In this document: positions 18,127-28,056 of the stretch, piece after piece
Layout: each line of letters begins with the position of its first letter
Position numbering within the stretch: position 1 is the first letter of the stretch
Source of the DNA: Verrucomicrobiota bacterium
GTDB taxonomy: Bacteria > Verrucomicrobiota > Verrucomicrobiia > Limisphaerales > SXQI01
Direction: 5' to 3'
NCBI GenBank assembly: GCA_033762115.1
Contig: JANRLX010000093.1
Span: 48,737-112,736, forward strand
DNA: 64,000 bases
Made by a program: the position numbers and the translations under genes
The notes under the pieces: generated by a model
What the model saw: only the letters and a program-made list of their open reading frames with translations
Told to the model about the DNA's origin: nothing
Database searches by the model: none

Positions 18127-20220
18127 TTAGTCCATTCGAGCGCGATAAAATTTGTATGGGGAATTAAGCGTGTTAACCGTCACCACAATATCTCCGTTGG
18201 GGGCGGTGGTAAACGGCACGTTCTCGGTCCAGTTCATCAGGTCAGTGCTTCCCTGCACTGTGATGGTTCCATTACCAGTTTTCGCGAGGCGGAACTCGAT
18301 GGTGTTCGGACCAGTCCGGGTAATGGTTGTCCAGTTGAGGGTGCGTGGCTCGCCTCCACTATCCAGGTTCGCCTCAAACTCTGTCGTAATAATCACACTC
18401 GCCTGACCGAAACCATCAGGAATGGCTCCGATATCCGAGTCATTGCTCACGAAAAATGAAATGGAACCAGTGAAGTGGCCATTGGTTTTAAACGTGCCTG
18501 CGGGAATCACAATAGAGGTGTCTGTGTTGGTCAGAGTGATGCCATTGCAGAAGTCAGGCGCAGTAAAGGTGGTCCCTGTGTCGTCGGTAATGGTCAGGGA
18601 AATGCTCTTGTTCGTCGTCGGATTTACCAAAGCTTCCCAACGAAGAGTGAAATCGTTGCTGACATTCATGCCTGCCAGTTCCTGGAGGTTTAGCACACGA
18701 GGAACATTGGGAGTGCCATTGGCGGTAAAGGTTATTGTTGCGGTCTGGTTTCCTCCTGAACCGTTCACATTGAATACGTAATCTCCGGTTGGCACTGCCA
18801 GATCGAGCGCTGCCTGTGAAGGGTAGGAATGAAACGCCTGGAAGGCTCTGCCAAAGAAATTTGTCAGCGTCAGGTTTGTGCCTTGAGGGAAACTGACAGA
18901 TACCTGGGAAGCGGTGCTGTTTGAAGAGGAGGTATAGCTTGCGAAAACCATCGCCCCATCATCAGTGTCGAAAACTGGCGCAGAATTGTTGGTCTGCAGG
19001 AAAGTCACGAATTTGCTGAGGAAATAAGTATTATAATTTCCATTGGTAAAGACTTGTCCGCCCCCTTCGCAAGGATTGTTGGTTGATCCTGTGCCACTGT
19101 TACCGGTTTGGAAAAATCCTGTAAAGTTCTCCAGTCTGTTACCTGCCAAATCTTTGAAATCGTTCGGTCCTTCCGGACTTGGATTCAAAATGTAGGCAAT
19201 AAAGGCATTTGGCGGAAAACCGGGAGTATAGTTAATGGTCAATTGGGTTCCATTATTCCCCCAGCTGTAAATAAAACCGTTGTTATCCTTAGGAGTGTTA
19301 TTGAAAAGCCATTGGATCGACTGGGTAGGGAGCATGGCTTCGCTGAAAGTCAGCACAATCGGAGAGTTGGTGGGTACGTTAAACGATTGATTGGCAGGAT
19401 TCACTGAAACAACCTGCGGGGTTGATGTGGCGACAGTTAAGGGAACGGTGGTTTCAGCAAAATATCCCGCTGTTCCTATTGCGCCGGGATATTCGGTGGT
19501 ATCGCGCTCGCTGATTTTCAGATAAGCAATCTTCGCGCTAAAATTAACTCCGCTGGAGAGTGTTCCCGCCGGGATGAGAAAGGAGGTAGCGGTGCCGTTC
19601 AATCCTTCGCCTGCTGCATCAGAGCCATAGATGCTCTCTCCATTGGCATCAAAAATTTCAATAAAAACCTCATCATTGGCGGTCCCGCCGCTCAAGGCAT
19701 TCCAAGTCAGGGTAAAATCCTCGGAAGGATTGATTGCCTGGGCTGCATTAAAGTTCGAGAGATGTGGGGCGGAAGGAATTGCCCCCTGCAAATTCAATTG
19801 AGCTGCTGTGAAAATATCATTTTCGGAAGTGATGCTAAAGGTATAATTCCCATCACCAAATGAAGCATCCAGAGTGTTTTCGGTTGCAAAGGTTTGCACA
19901 TACCTGAACTCCCCTGAAAAGAAATCAGATTCCAGAACCAGCGTCGCCCCTGCCGGAGTTCTCACGGTCACATCACCATCCTGAATTAAATCAAAATCAC
20001 TGGGGGTGACGAATGCCTCAAAGTAAAAGGAGCTTTCGGTGGGGCTGGGTTGGGCGGTGCCTGTCTGCTCAAAAAACCTACCCTTTAAAACTTCATATAC
20101 CTGAACATCTGCCGCCTCGACGGAACCTGTTGCAATGCATGTTGCGGCAGTGAAAAGTTGAAAGCACCGTTTTAAATCGTCATTGAATTTCATATCCAGA
20201 AAAGAGTAGCCCTCTTTCAC
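18127..20220 (-). CDS. Secreted repetitive Ig-like/beta-sandwich surface protein (adhesin-like), function unknown
   Basis: 697 aa with signal-like N-terminus (LKRCFQLFTAATCIATGSVEA). A central SbsA-type Ig-like segment is present (PQVVSVNPANQSFNVPTNSPIVLTFSEAM). It is flanked by two copies of a ~200-aa module, and the protein ends in a beta-sandwich domain with KFYRARMD. Composition is Thr/Ser/Asn/Gly-rich. A likelier start is Met10 at 20193. Confidence 0.6.
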   Translation of the reverse strand: MKEGYSFLDMKFNDDLKRCFQLFTAATCIATGSVEAADVQVYEVLKGRFFEQTGTAQPSPTESSFYFEAFVTPSDFDLIQDGDVTVRTPAGATLVLESDFFSGEFRYVQTFATENTLDASFGDGNYTFSITSENDIFTAAQLNLQGAIPSAPHLSNFNAAQAINPSEDFTLTWNALSGGTANDEVFIEIFDANGESIYGSDAAGEGLNGTATSFLIPAGTLSSGVNFSAKIAYLKISERDTTEYPGAIGTAGYFAETTVPLTVATSTPQVVSVNPANQSFNVPTNSPIVLTFSEAMLPTQSIQWLFNNTPKDNNGFIYSWGNNGTQLTINYTPGFPPNAFIAYILNPSPEGPNDFKDLAGNRLENFTGFFQTGNSGTGSTNNPCEGGGQVFTNGNYNTYFLSKFVTFLQTNNSAPVFDTDDGAMVFASYTSSSNSTASQVSVSFPQGTNLTLTNFFGRAFQAFHSYPSQAALDLAVPTGDYVFNVNGSGGNQTATITFTANGTPNVPRVLNLQELAGMNVSNDFTLRWEALVNPTTNKSISLTITDDTGTTFTAPDFCNGITLTNTDTSIVIPAGTFKTNGHFTGSISFFVSNDSDIGAIPDGFGQASVIITTEFEANLDSGGEPRTLNWTTITRTGPNTIEFRLAKTGNGTITVQGSTDLMNWTENVPFTTAPNGDIVVTVNTLNSPYKFYRARMD

Positions 20221-20297
20221 AAATTTTTTTCCAAGAGCCGTGCAAATCTGCCAGAATGTGAACTGATTATCCAGCCGAATTCATTACCCATTTAGGA

Positions 20298-21506
20298 TTA
20301 AGGGTTTACCTGATCAGAAGGTGTTAAGGATTGAAGAATGGCCTGCAATTGCGAGCAAAGCAGATTTAGCTGCTCAGGTGTGTGCCCGGCTGAAAGAGTC
20401 ACCCTTAAGCGAGCTGTGCCACGGGCAACGGTGGGAAATCGAATTGCGGGGATGAAAATACCTGCTTCCCGAAGCTGATTTGCCACACGGGTTGCCACAC
20501 GCTCATCCCCAATGTGAATCGGAATAATTGCGGATTCTGGCGGAAGCTGTGAAATGCTGGCGAAATTGAGCGCAGCTTTAAAGGAATCAATATTCTGCCA
20601 AAGTTTTTTTCGGGATGCTTCGCCCTCCTCACTCTGGCAAAGATCAATCGCTGCTTTTGCGGCCGCTGCGGCTGCTGGCGAAGGGGCGGTCGTAAAAATA
20701 AAACTTCGGGCCTTATTGATGAGATAATTGATTAACGATTTGGAACCGCAGATATAGCCTCCTGCAGCACCAAGCGCCTTTCCCAGTGTGCCCATTTGAA
20801 TTTCCACTGCATTCCCTAATCCAAGCTCCTGGACCAACCCTCTGCCTTGAGAGCCACGAACTCCGATCGCGTGGGCTTCATCCACCATCAACCATGCTTT
20901 ATGCTTCTGTTTCAATTCGACAATCCTGGTTAGTGGAGCAGAGTCACCATCCATCGAAAAAATTGATTCCGTGACAATCAGGATATTTCCACTTCGTCCG
21001 GACGTGCGCGTTTTGGAAAGTTCCGTTTCCAAATCTTCCAATGAATTATGCTCAAAAGTTCGGAGTCGGGCGCGACTCAATCTGACTGCGTCCAGGACAG
21101 AGGCATGCACCAAACGATCCACCACGACAGTATCTTCAGGTCCGACCAAAGCGCTGATCGTCCCAAGGGCAGTGGCATAGCCGCTAGAAAATGTCAGGGC
21201 GGCTTCAGTGCGTTTGAAAATCGCCAGTGATTCTTCAAGCTGATGATGGGGAGCGAGCGAACCGGAAATCAGGCGCGAAGCGCCGGACCCTGTGCCATAC
21301 TGTTTGATTGCGGCCAGGGCAGCTGATTTGACATGGGGATGGTTGGCCAAACCCAGGTAATCATTAGAAGAAAAATTCAGAACGCATGACCCGTTGATGT
21401 TTAAAGAGGTTCCCTGGGGGGAGTCAATTTCCCGCAGGTTCCGGAGCAACGAAGCCGATTCCAGTTCCTGAAGTCGTTCCTGAAGCAGTTGATCCAAAGT
21501 TTTCAT
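20298..21506 (-). CDS. PLP-dependent alpha-oxoamine synthase (8-amino-7-oxononanoate synthase BioF / KBL / serine palmitoyltransferase family)
   Basis: 402 aa with 'NFSSNDYLGL', 'SGYATALG', 'DEAHAIG', the PLP-lysine motif 'GTLGKALGAAGGY' and 'FIFTTAPSP'. Its start overlaps the SDR stop (ATGA). Substrate specificity cannot be read from the sequence. Confidence 0.75.
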   Translation of the reverse strand: MKTLDQLLQERLQELESASLLRNLREIDSPQGTSLNINGSCVLNFSSNDYLGLANHPHVKSAALAAIKQYGTGSGASRLISGSLAPHHQLEESLAIFKRTEAALTFSSGYATALGTISALVGPEDTVVVDRLVHASVLDAVRLSRARLRTFEHNSLEDLETELSKTRTSGRSGNILIVTESIFSMDGDSAPLTRIVELKQKHKAWLMVDEAHAIGVRGSQGRGLVQELGLGNAVEIQMGTLGKALGAAGGYICGSKSLINYLINKARSFIFTTAPSPAAAAAAKAAIDLCQSEEGEASRKKLWQNIDSFKAALNFASISQLPPESAIIPIHIGDERVATRVANQLREAGIFIPAIRFPTVARGTARLRVTLSAGHTPEQLNLLCSQLQAILQSLTPSDQVNP

Positions 21507-22195
21507 GGAAGCACCCGGCTATCGAGAGAAAAAAGTTGGCCGGAGATGTTTTCGGTTGTCGCGAGAAATGCGCCAAAACGCGCCACCTCCTCAAGCGAAT
21601 TGCTGCGACCCAAAAGGTTCATCTGTATGAGCCGCGTTCTTTGAGCATCTGACAAAGAGGCGGTCATTTTTGTAAGAAGAAAACCGGGACAGAGGGTATT
21701 GACGCGAATATTTCTGCCTGCAAGTTCTGAGGCGAGCGAAAGCGTCAGTCCATGCAGGGCGGCTTTGGATGCTGCATAGCTGCTTTGCCCTGCCGGGCCT
21801 TGGAAACCGGCGTAACTGCCGATATTCAGGATGTGTCCACCGTTTGAGAACAACGGAAGGGCAGCCTGGGCGCAGAGATAGGCTCCTTTGAGATTTACGG
21901 TCATGGTCCTGTCCCACTCATCAACAGGTAAACCCGCAACGAGATGGTCCGTTGCGATTCCGGCATTATTGATCAAAGCATCCAACCTGCTGATTTTGGA
22001 GGAAATATCGGAAAATAAATTGCGCGGGGAATCCTGTTGTTCCAGGTCCAAGTAAAACCAGGTTACCTTTTCCAGTCCTTTTGAATCAAAAGCTGTACGA
22101 TAGGTGCCAAACACCTGCCATTGTTCGGCCGCAAATCTTTTTGCCAGAGCCAGGCCCAGGCCTGAACTGGCTCCTGTGATCAGGACGGTTTTCAA
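21503..22195 (-). CDS. Short-chain dehydrogenase/reductase (FabG-like ketoreductase)
   Basis: 'TGASSGLGLA' Rossmann motif, 'NNAG', and catalytic 'YAASKAAL' (YxxxK). The start is placed at TTG 22195, giving (M)KTVLITGASSGLG, a typical SDR N-terminus. That TTG forms a TTGA overlap with the upstream stop. The ORF-track ATG at 22261 would overlap the acyltransferase by 70 nt. Confidence 0.8.
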   Translation of the reverse strand: MKTVLITGASSGLGLALAKRFAAEQWQVFGTYRTAFDSKGLEKVTWFYLDLEQQDSPRNLFSDISSKISRLDALINNAGIATDHLVAGLPVDEWDRTMTVNLKGAYLCAQAALPLFSNGGHILNIGSYAGFQGPAGQSSYAASKAALHGLTLSLASELAGRNIRVNTLCPGFLLTKMTASLSDAQRTRLIQMNLLGRSNSLEEVARFGAFLATTENISGQLFSLDSRVLP

Positions 22196-23097
22196 GCAAT
22201 TGCCTGTTCCCTTTTTTTGCCCGCCGGGGCTGGTTTCCAGCGTCGATGAACCCAGAACCAATTTGCAGGATCCCGTCGTATACCCTTTTCGAATGCCAGG
22301 TTTATATCCTGCGTTATCTGCTCGACAGAACGAACACCATTTTCATCTTTCAAGGGAATGGGCGGGCCTATTTCGACCCGCCATCTGGCAAGACTCGTTC
22401 GATAGCATATGGCGGTGAAGAGTGGAGCGTTATAGCGAAGGGCCAGGACCGCAGGGGCTGAAGTGGTGGAACAATCCACACCAAAGAAAGGCCCCCGGAT
22501 GCCGCCGTTTCCCGCATGCTGGTCAGATAACAAGCCAAGGAGCACTCCGCCAGAGGCCAGCTCCCTTTTCAATTCATTCGCCTGAGTGCGCCGTTCAAAA
22601 AAAAGACACCCGCTCTGCTCCCGCAACCATCGGAGCAGCCGATCTGCAAAGGGTGGTTTCAATCCCCGATAGGTGGTCGCTGCACGGAAATTACCCGCGA
22701 CGGTTGCTGCCCTGGCGTAAACTTCAAAATTTGCGAAATGTCCAATGGCGATGATCGCGTTAGAAGCGTCGGGATTTCTTTTTTGAAGCTGTTCAACCCC
22801 CAGCACTTCCAGGCGTGAAAATAATTTTTTTTCCGGCATGGAGGTCGTCTTGATCGCGCAGGCGTAGGCTTCTCCGATCCGGGAGAGATTCTCTCGGGCG
22901 ATGGCATGAATCTCTTCGGTTGAATGGGTCGTGCCAAACACGCGTGTGAGATTATCAATCGCAATTTGCCTGTGTTTTCGAAATAAAAGAAAGGTGAGAT
23001 GGCCGCCCAGCCTGCCTATTCTTGCGACCCAGGTCAGCGGTAGCAACTGGAAGCCTTGCAGAAAAAATTTTCCGAGTTGAAATAGCAGGTTCTGCAT
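22192..23097 (-). CDS. LpxL/HtrB-family (lipid A biosynthesis lauroyl/myristoyl-type) acyltransferase
   Basis: 301 aa with an N-terminal hydrophobic anchor, 'AIGHFANFE' (the HX4E/D active-site region), 'LSDQHAG...GPFFG' and C-terminal 'DPANWFWVHRRWK'. All are characteristic of the family. Confidence 0.75.
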   Translation of the reverse strand: MQNLLFQLGKFFLQGFQLLPLTWVARIGRLGGHLTFLLFRKHRQIAIDNLTRVFGTTHSTEEIHAIARENLSRIGEAYACAIKTTSMPEKKLFSRLEVLGVEQLQKRNPDASNAIIAIGHFANFEVYARAATVAGNFRAATTYRGLKPPFADRLLRWLREQSGCLFFERRTQANELKRELASGGVLLGLLSDQHAGNGGIRGPFFGVDCSTTSAPAVLALRYNAPLFTAICYRTSLARWRVEIGPPIPLKDENGVRSVEQITQDINLAFEKGIRRDPANWFWVHRRWKPAPAGKKREQAIA

Positions 23098-23166
23098 TTA
23101 GCTGCGAGACGCTCCACCCATATTGTGGCTTAATAGTAAAATGTTTTCTTTCCGCACCGCTTTGGC

Positions 23167-24801
23167 CTACTCCATTCCTTTTTTGAACTCAGCGACTTGA
23201 TCTGGTGAATACTGTTCTGCCAGTGGGAGTGCTCGAGAATAGATCGTTTTCAGGTCGGGATAATCAGAAAACTGTTTTATAAATGCTCGGTAAATTTCTA
23301 GCGCTTCACGTCCCCGCCCCGCTGCCGGGAGGAGTAGGCCCGCTTTGATCATGAGCCTGATTGATTGCTGGGGAGTCGGTTTCAATTGCAATGCCTGAAG
23401 ATAAAAATCAATGCACTCGGCAATCTTTCCCTGGTCATTTAAAATGTCGCCTGCCTTTTCATGGAGCACAGCACTGTTGGTGAACCCCTTGGCTGTGAGC
23501 ACAAAATTGAGCACCTGGTCCATCGGTGCCTTTTGCACCATATTAAAATTAGCGATCCGCAGTTCAGACCATTCAAGCAGGGGACTGTTCATTTCCGTCA
23601 GGATTCGGTCACGTTCCTGCCATTTGACCGCAAATGGCCGATAGAGGGGATCCCCAATGACTGTGGTTTGCCATGAGAGAAAGGTTTGGCAGGCATAAGC
23701 CGCTTCGCCAAAACTCATTCCCAGGAAAAACCATCTGCCCAAAAATGCGCCGACATCCGGGGTGCCGGTCAAATAAGGTTCTTCGACAGAGCCCATCGTA
23801 ATGGTGGCGCCTTTCGCAATAAGAGGTCCCACCCAATGCCGGGTTGCGGTTCTGACAGATTGCGCGCTGAAGGAATGCAGGTGGTAGGCAAATGCGCCGG
23901 GCATAAATTCAACGTTGGGGCGGGTGAATGGCCCGGAAACATCTCCATCATACCATCCGGCATAGATTGCAATCTGACTCATCGGAAAAGCGGCTGTAAA
24001 AGTCTCCGGCTTTGAATCGAGCACCGTCTCCATTCCCAGGTAACGCGCACGGTCTGCGCCAATGCGGATCCAGTCGTCGCCCAATTTATAGTTTCCGTTT
24101 GTAAATCCCCGTGCATCAAAATAGGCCCTGCCCCACAAGCCCGTTTGTTCAGCAGCGAGCGCTTTGTCCACCAAGCCGCGTGCCAATTCGGCCGATGGCC
24201 CATCCAATCGTGCCACAAGCAGCACGCCGTTTGTTGGATGGAGCTGGTTCAGGTTCGTTGTTCCATAAACATGATTTCCGAGCGGGCCGGTGATGGGGAT
24301 GTCCAATCCATTCAAGGGTAACGCGGCAAGTTCATTGTCCACTGCGGCTTCATTTCGGCGCAGCTCCGGGCGCAATTTGTCCAAACCATCTTCCTTTATT
24401 GATCCCTCGGGGCTGATTTTTACAGGGACGCCATAGCAAAGAACGGCATAACGCACCGAAGCGCTTGCCACAACCGAAACCTTGACCTTTTTCCCAGCCG
24501 AGTTGGTCCTGGTATCTGGTTTGAATGTCCAGAGGTTTTGCTCCTTTAGTTTCTTGAGCAATGGTTCGGCAATTCCCTTTTCATATTCTCTTCGGGAAAT
24601 AATCTCGCCTGTGGGGAGTGAGAATCCATAAACCTGATTTGCCGGGACCTTTCTTTTTTCTGCATAATACTCAGCGATCTGTCGGGATTCAGGCATCTCT
24701 GAGTTATAAAGCACCACCACGGATTTTCCTTCGTTGACCGCTTCAGCAGCGATCAAACTGGCTTCTGCCAGGCAAAAGCAGAGCAGAAGTAGCATTCGCA
24801 T
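23167..24801 (-). CDS. Secreted conserved protein (TIGR03790-like by recollection) with C-terminal TPR-like repeats
   Basis: The start is set at ATG 24801 (MRMLLLLCFCLAEASLIAAEA signal peptide). 'VVVLYNSEMPESRQIAEYYAEKRKVP' resembles the N-terminus of a PVC-enriched hypothetical family. The C-terminal ~130 aa are helical and TPR-like (ECIDFYLQALQLKP..., EALEIYRAFIKQF...). The family name is unverified. Confidence 0.45.
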   Translation of the reverse strand: MRMLLLLCFCLAEASLIAAEAVNEGKSVVVLYNSEMPESRQIAEYYAEKRKVPANQVYGFSLPTGEIISRREYEKGIAEPLLKKLKEQNLWTFKPDTRTNSAGKKVKVSVVASASVRYAVLCYGVPVKISPEGSIKEDGLDKLRPELRRNEAAVDNELAALPLNGLDIPITGPLGNHVYGTTNLNQLHPTNGVLLVARLDGPSAELARGLVDKALAAEQTGLWGRAYFDARGFTNGNYKLGDDWIRIGADRARYLGMETVLDSKPETFTAAFPMSQIAIYAGWYDGDVSGPFTRPNVEFMPGAFAYHLHSFSAQSVRTATRHWVGPLIAKGATITMGSVEEPYLTGTPDVGAFLGRWFFLGMSFGEAAYACQTFLSWQTTVIGDPLYRPFAVKWQERDRILTEMNSPLLEWSELRIANFNMVQKAPMDQVLNFVLTAKGFTNSAVLHEKAGDILNDQGKIAECIDFYLQALQLKPTPQQSIRLMIKAGLLLPAAGRGREALEIYRAFIKQFSDYPDLKTIYSRALPLAEQYSPDQVAEFKKGME

Positions 24802-24826
24802 GGAAACAATTGAGTGACTCATAACG

Positions 24827-25630
24827 CTACGGAATATGAACGTGAAGCTGGTCATACGCAAACTCTACGCCGGGGGGCATTTCAGCCTGGTCAATATCAT
24901 GGTCGTACTCATGGGTGAGATGGGTGAGGTAAGTTTTGCCTGCACCAATCCGCCGTGCCATGGTCAATGCTTCATCCAGACACATATGGGTCCAGTGCGG
25001 CTCCCGGCGTAACGCATCAAGCACCACCACATCCACTCCCCGGACTTTTTCGACTGATGGGTCCGGCACCGTTTTGCAATCACTCATGTAAGCCAGCTTT
25101 TTCTTCCCGCCCTGCTCGAACAAATAGCCGAATGTCGTCACCGATCCGTGCGGCAATGGCAGAGGAGTGATCGTCAGGTCGCCCAGTTGAAAAGGTCCAT
25201 CGACAATATGTGGATCGGGATGGAAATAACCCTTGGGAATGGGGCCACCGGAAAATGCGTAAACAAACACCCGTTTCAGGTCTTTCATTGTGTCCGCCCC
25301 AGCATAGATGGGAAGGGGCCCTCCGCGCACGTCACAGAAACGCCGGCAATCATCCAAACCCATAATATGGTCTGCATGGGAATGAGTAAAGATGACCGCA
25401 TCAAGCCATTTGATCCGTTCGCGAATAATCTGGAGGCGGAACTCAGGCGGGGTATCCACCGCAATGCGGACAGTTGGCGTAGCCACGTAAATGGCGGCCC
25501 GATACCGATGATTACGGGGGTTGGCCAGAAATGTTTCCGGATAATCCTGTCCGATAACAGGCACTCCCTGGCTTGTTCCTGTTCCCAAAAAGGTGAAATC
25601 AATCGGCATTCGTCTGCTCCACTGGCCCAA
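24827..25630 (-). CDS. Metallo-beta-lactamase-fold hydrolase (PhnP/GPMB-like)
   Basis: '[11 protein letters not shown]' and the 'THSHADH' HxHxDH motif, plus a downstream 'GD/H' metal-ligand context. The start is probably Met8 (25609, [11 protein letters not shown]). Confidence 0.8.
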   Translation of the reverse strand: MGQWSRRMPIDFTFLGTGTSQGVPVIGQDYPETFLANPRNHRYRAAIYVATPTVRIAVDTPPEFRLQIIRERIKWLDAVIFTHSHADHIMGLDDCRRFCDVRGGPLPIYAGADTMKDLKRVFVYAFSGGPIPKGYFHPDPHIVDGPFQLGDLTITPLPLPHGSVTTFGYLFEQGGKKKLAYMSDCKTVPDPSVEKVRGVDVVVLDALRREPHWTHMCLDEALTMARRIGAGKTYLTHLTHEYDHDIDQAEMPPGVEFAYDQLHVHIP

Positions 25631-25703
25631 ATGTGCTGTAATCAGGAACCCTCAGACAAGTTACTTTTCCTTTGCGCAAGGGACGGGTCTGTTCAAAGCT
25701 TGA

Positions 25704-27425
25704 ATGCGACGAATGCTCACGACGCTGCGAATTAAAAATCTCGCGCTGGTTACCGATCTAACGGTTGAATTTCGATCCGGTTACAATGTGCTCACCGGTG
25801 AAACTGGCGCAGGGAAGTCAGTCATTCTGGGTGCGCTGAATCTTGTCCTCGGTGAACGCGCAGACCGGACATTGATCCGGAGCGGCAGTGATTCCTGTAC
25901 GGTTGAGGCTCTTTTCTCTGTTTCGAGCCTTGCCCCTGCGTTGAATCGTTTGCTGGAGGAAAGTGGACTCGATCAGCTCGTGGACGGGGAGTTGATCATT
26001 CGGCGGACCTTTTCCGTGGCGGGGACAAACAAGCAGTTTATCAATGGATCACCCGCTTCTCTTTCATTGCTGAATCGTATTGGTGAACATCTTGTGGATA
26101 TTCACGGACCGCATGATCATCAATCGTTGTTCCATCCTGCGCGGCAATTGCAAATCCTTGATGCGTTCGGCTCGCTGGAGGCTCTGGGAAGCAATGTCTC
26201 CGAGGTTTACACACGCCTGCGAAATTTAAGTGAAGAGAAAGCTTCCCTGATCGGGGATGATCGTTCTCATGCCCAGCAGATGGACCTTCTGCGGTTTCAA
26301 GTGAATGAAATCACCGCCGCAAAACTGGCTCCTGAAGAGGAGGAATCCCTGGAAACAGAATACAAACGCGCCAGCAATGCGGCTCGTTTGCTGCAATTGG
26401 GGCAGGCTGCCCAAGCTGTGCTGACTGAAGAAGAACCGAGCCTCGCCGGGTTGGCTGGGACAGTAGGAAAAACGATCCAGGAAATGCAGCGTCTGGATCC
26501 GTCAGCCACTGCGTTACTTGAAGCACAACAGAATCTTTCGAATTCCATGCAGGAGCTTGAAAGTACAATCTCTCATTATCTGGATAAGATTGAAGTGGAT
26601 CCCGGACGGTTGGCGGAATTGGAGGAACGACTTTCACTGATCCAGGGATTACGGCGCAAATATGGTTCGACCGTGAGCGAGGTTATTTCTTTTGGTGAGC
26701 AGGCTGGGCAGAAACTCGTGCAACTGGAATCACGCGGGGAACGTATCCAGGAGTTGGACGTGTTGCTGGAGAAAACGGAAAAGCAGCTAAAAGTTGCCGC
26801 AGCAGAATTAACTGCCGCCCGCCGCAAATTGATTCCTAAGCTATCGAAAGCTGTCATCAGTGAATTGCAGGCACTCGGCTTCAAGCGAAGCCATTTCGAT
26901 GTTTCGCTAACCGAAACCTCCGTGAGCGCCACAGGAGCCGATGCCGTTGAATTTCAGTTTGCACCAAATCCTGGTGAGCCACCCCGCCCATTACGTGCCA
27001 TCGCCAGCTCAGGCGAACTTGCCCGTGTCATGCTTGCTGTGAAGACCGTTCTTGCGCAGGAGGACGAAATCCCCACATTGATATTTGATGAAGTGGATGC
27101 CAATGTGGGTGGGGACACAGCCACTGCTGTCGGTCGCAAAATGTCGCAAATTGCCCGCGAACGCCAGGTGCTGTGCATCACTCACCTGGCTCCTGTCGCT
27201 GCCGCCGCAAACGCGCATTTTGTTGTGACGAAGGAAAGCGAAGGAAACCGCACCATCTCCAAAATCAGGGAATTGGATGGATTGGAACGAGTTTCTGAAA
27301 TTGCGCGCATGCTTGGAGGAGCAGGCGTTGCTGCGCGGCAGCACGCGGAAGCTCTCTTGCAAGACCCTGAAATGAATCAACATACCTCCGGCGACGTCCT
27401 GCGTTATCATGGGAAAACGAACTGA
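25704..27425 (+). CDS. recN: DNA repair protein RecN
   Basis: 573 aa with 'LRIKNLALV', Walker A 'GETGAGKS', a long central coiled coil, signature '[11 protein letters not shown]' and Walker B '[12 protein letters not shown]'. The start is probably the second Met (25713). Confidence 0.95.
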   Translation: MRRMLTTLRIKNLALVTDLTVEFRSGYNVLTGETGAGKSVILGALNLVLGERADRTLIRSGSDSCTVEALFSVSSLAPALNRLLEESGLDQLVDGELIIRRTFSVAGTNKQFINGSPASLSLLNRIGEHLVDIHGPHDHQSLFHPARQLQILDAFGSLEALGSNVSEVYTRLRNLSEEKASLIGDDRSHAQQMDLLRFQVNEITAAKLAPEEEESLETEYKRASNAARLLQLGQAAQAVLTEEEPSLAGLAGTVGKTIQEMQRLDPSATALLEAQQNLSNSMQELESTISHYLDKIEVDPGRLAELEERLSLIQGLRRKYGSTVSEVISFGEQAGQKLVQLESRGERIQELDVLLEKTEKQLKVAAAELTAARRKLIPKLSKAVISELQALGFKRSHFDVSLTETSVSATGADAVEFQFAPNPGEPPRPLRAIASSGELARVMLAVKTVLAQEDEIPTLIFDEVDANVGGDTATAVGRKMSQIARERQVLCITHLAPVAAAANAHFVVTKESEGNRTISKIRELDGLERVSEIARMLGGAGVAARQHAEALLQDPEMNQHTSGDVLRYHGKTN

Positions 27426-27987
27426 TCAGCTAACGGAAACAGTAAAGAAGCAACTGGAACTTCTCGGGGAGGATCCTTCCCGGGACGGTCTGCGGGATAC
27501 GCCAAAAAGGGTGGCCAAGTCGCTGGAATTCCTCACCAGTGGTTACTCGCTTGATCCCAAAAAGGTGTTGAACAATGCCTTGTTCGACGTGAAATCCGAC
27601 GAAATGGTGATCGTGAAAGACATCGATTTTCACAGCCTTTGCGAGCACCACATGCTTCCATTTTTTGGCAAATGTCATATTGCCTACCTTCCGGGGAAAA
27701 AGGTGATTGGGCTCTCAAAATTACCTCGATTGGTCGATGTCTTCGCCCGGCGCCTCCAGGTGCAGGAAAGAATGACCAATCAAATTGCAAGGACCATCCA
27801 GGAATTAATCAATCCCCTGGGGGTGGGTGTGGTGATCGAGTCGCAACATCTGTGCATGTTGATGCGTGGCGTGGAAAAGCAGAATTCTTATGCCATCACC
27901 TCATCAATGATTGGCTGCTTTCGAGATGATGCGAGAACCCGCAGCGAATTTCTTGATCTTATTCATCACCGGCGACATAGCCTTTGA
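27409..27987 (+). CDS. folE: GTP cyclohydrolase I
   Basis: 192 aa with 'DTPKRVAK', '[12 protein letters not shown]', 'RLQVQERMT' and 'ESQHLCM'. It overlaps the recN stop by 17 nt. Confidence 0.95.
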   Translation: MGKRTDQLTETVKKQLELLGEDPSRDGLRDTPKRVAKSLEFLTSGYSLDPKKVLNNALFDVKSDEMVIVKDIDFHSLCEHHMLPFFGKCHIAYLPGKKVIGLSKLPRLVDVFARRLQVQERMTNQIARTIQELINPLGVGVVIESQHLCMLMRGVEKQNSYAITSSMIGCFRDDARTRSEFLDLIHHRRHSL

Positions 27988-28056
27988 TGGAAGAGCCGGT
28001 GAGTAAATATGCGTGCTTTGCATCGACATATTTAGTAGAACCCTGATCTGTTTTAT

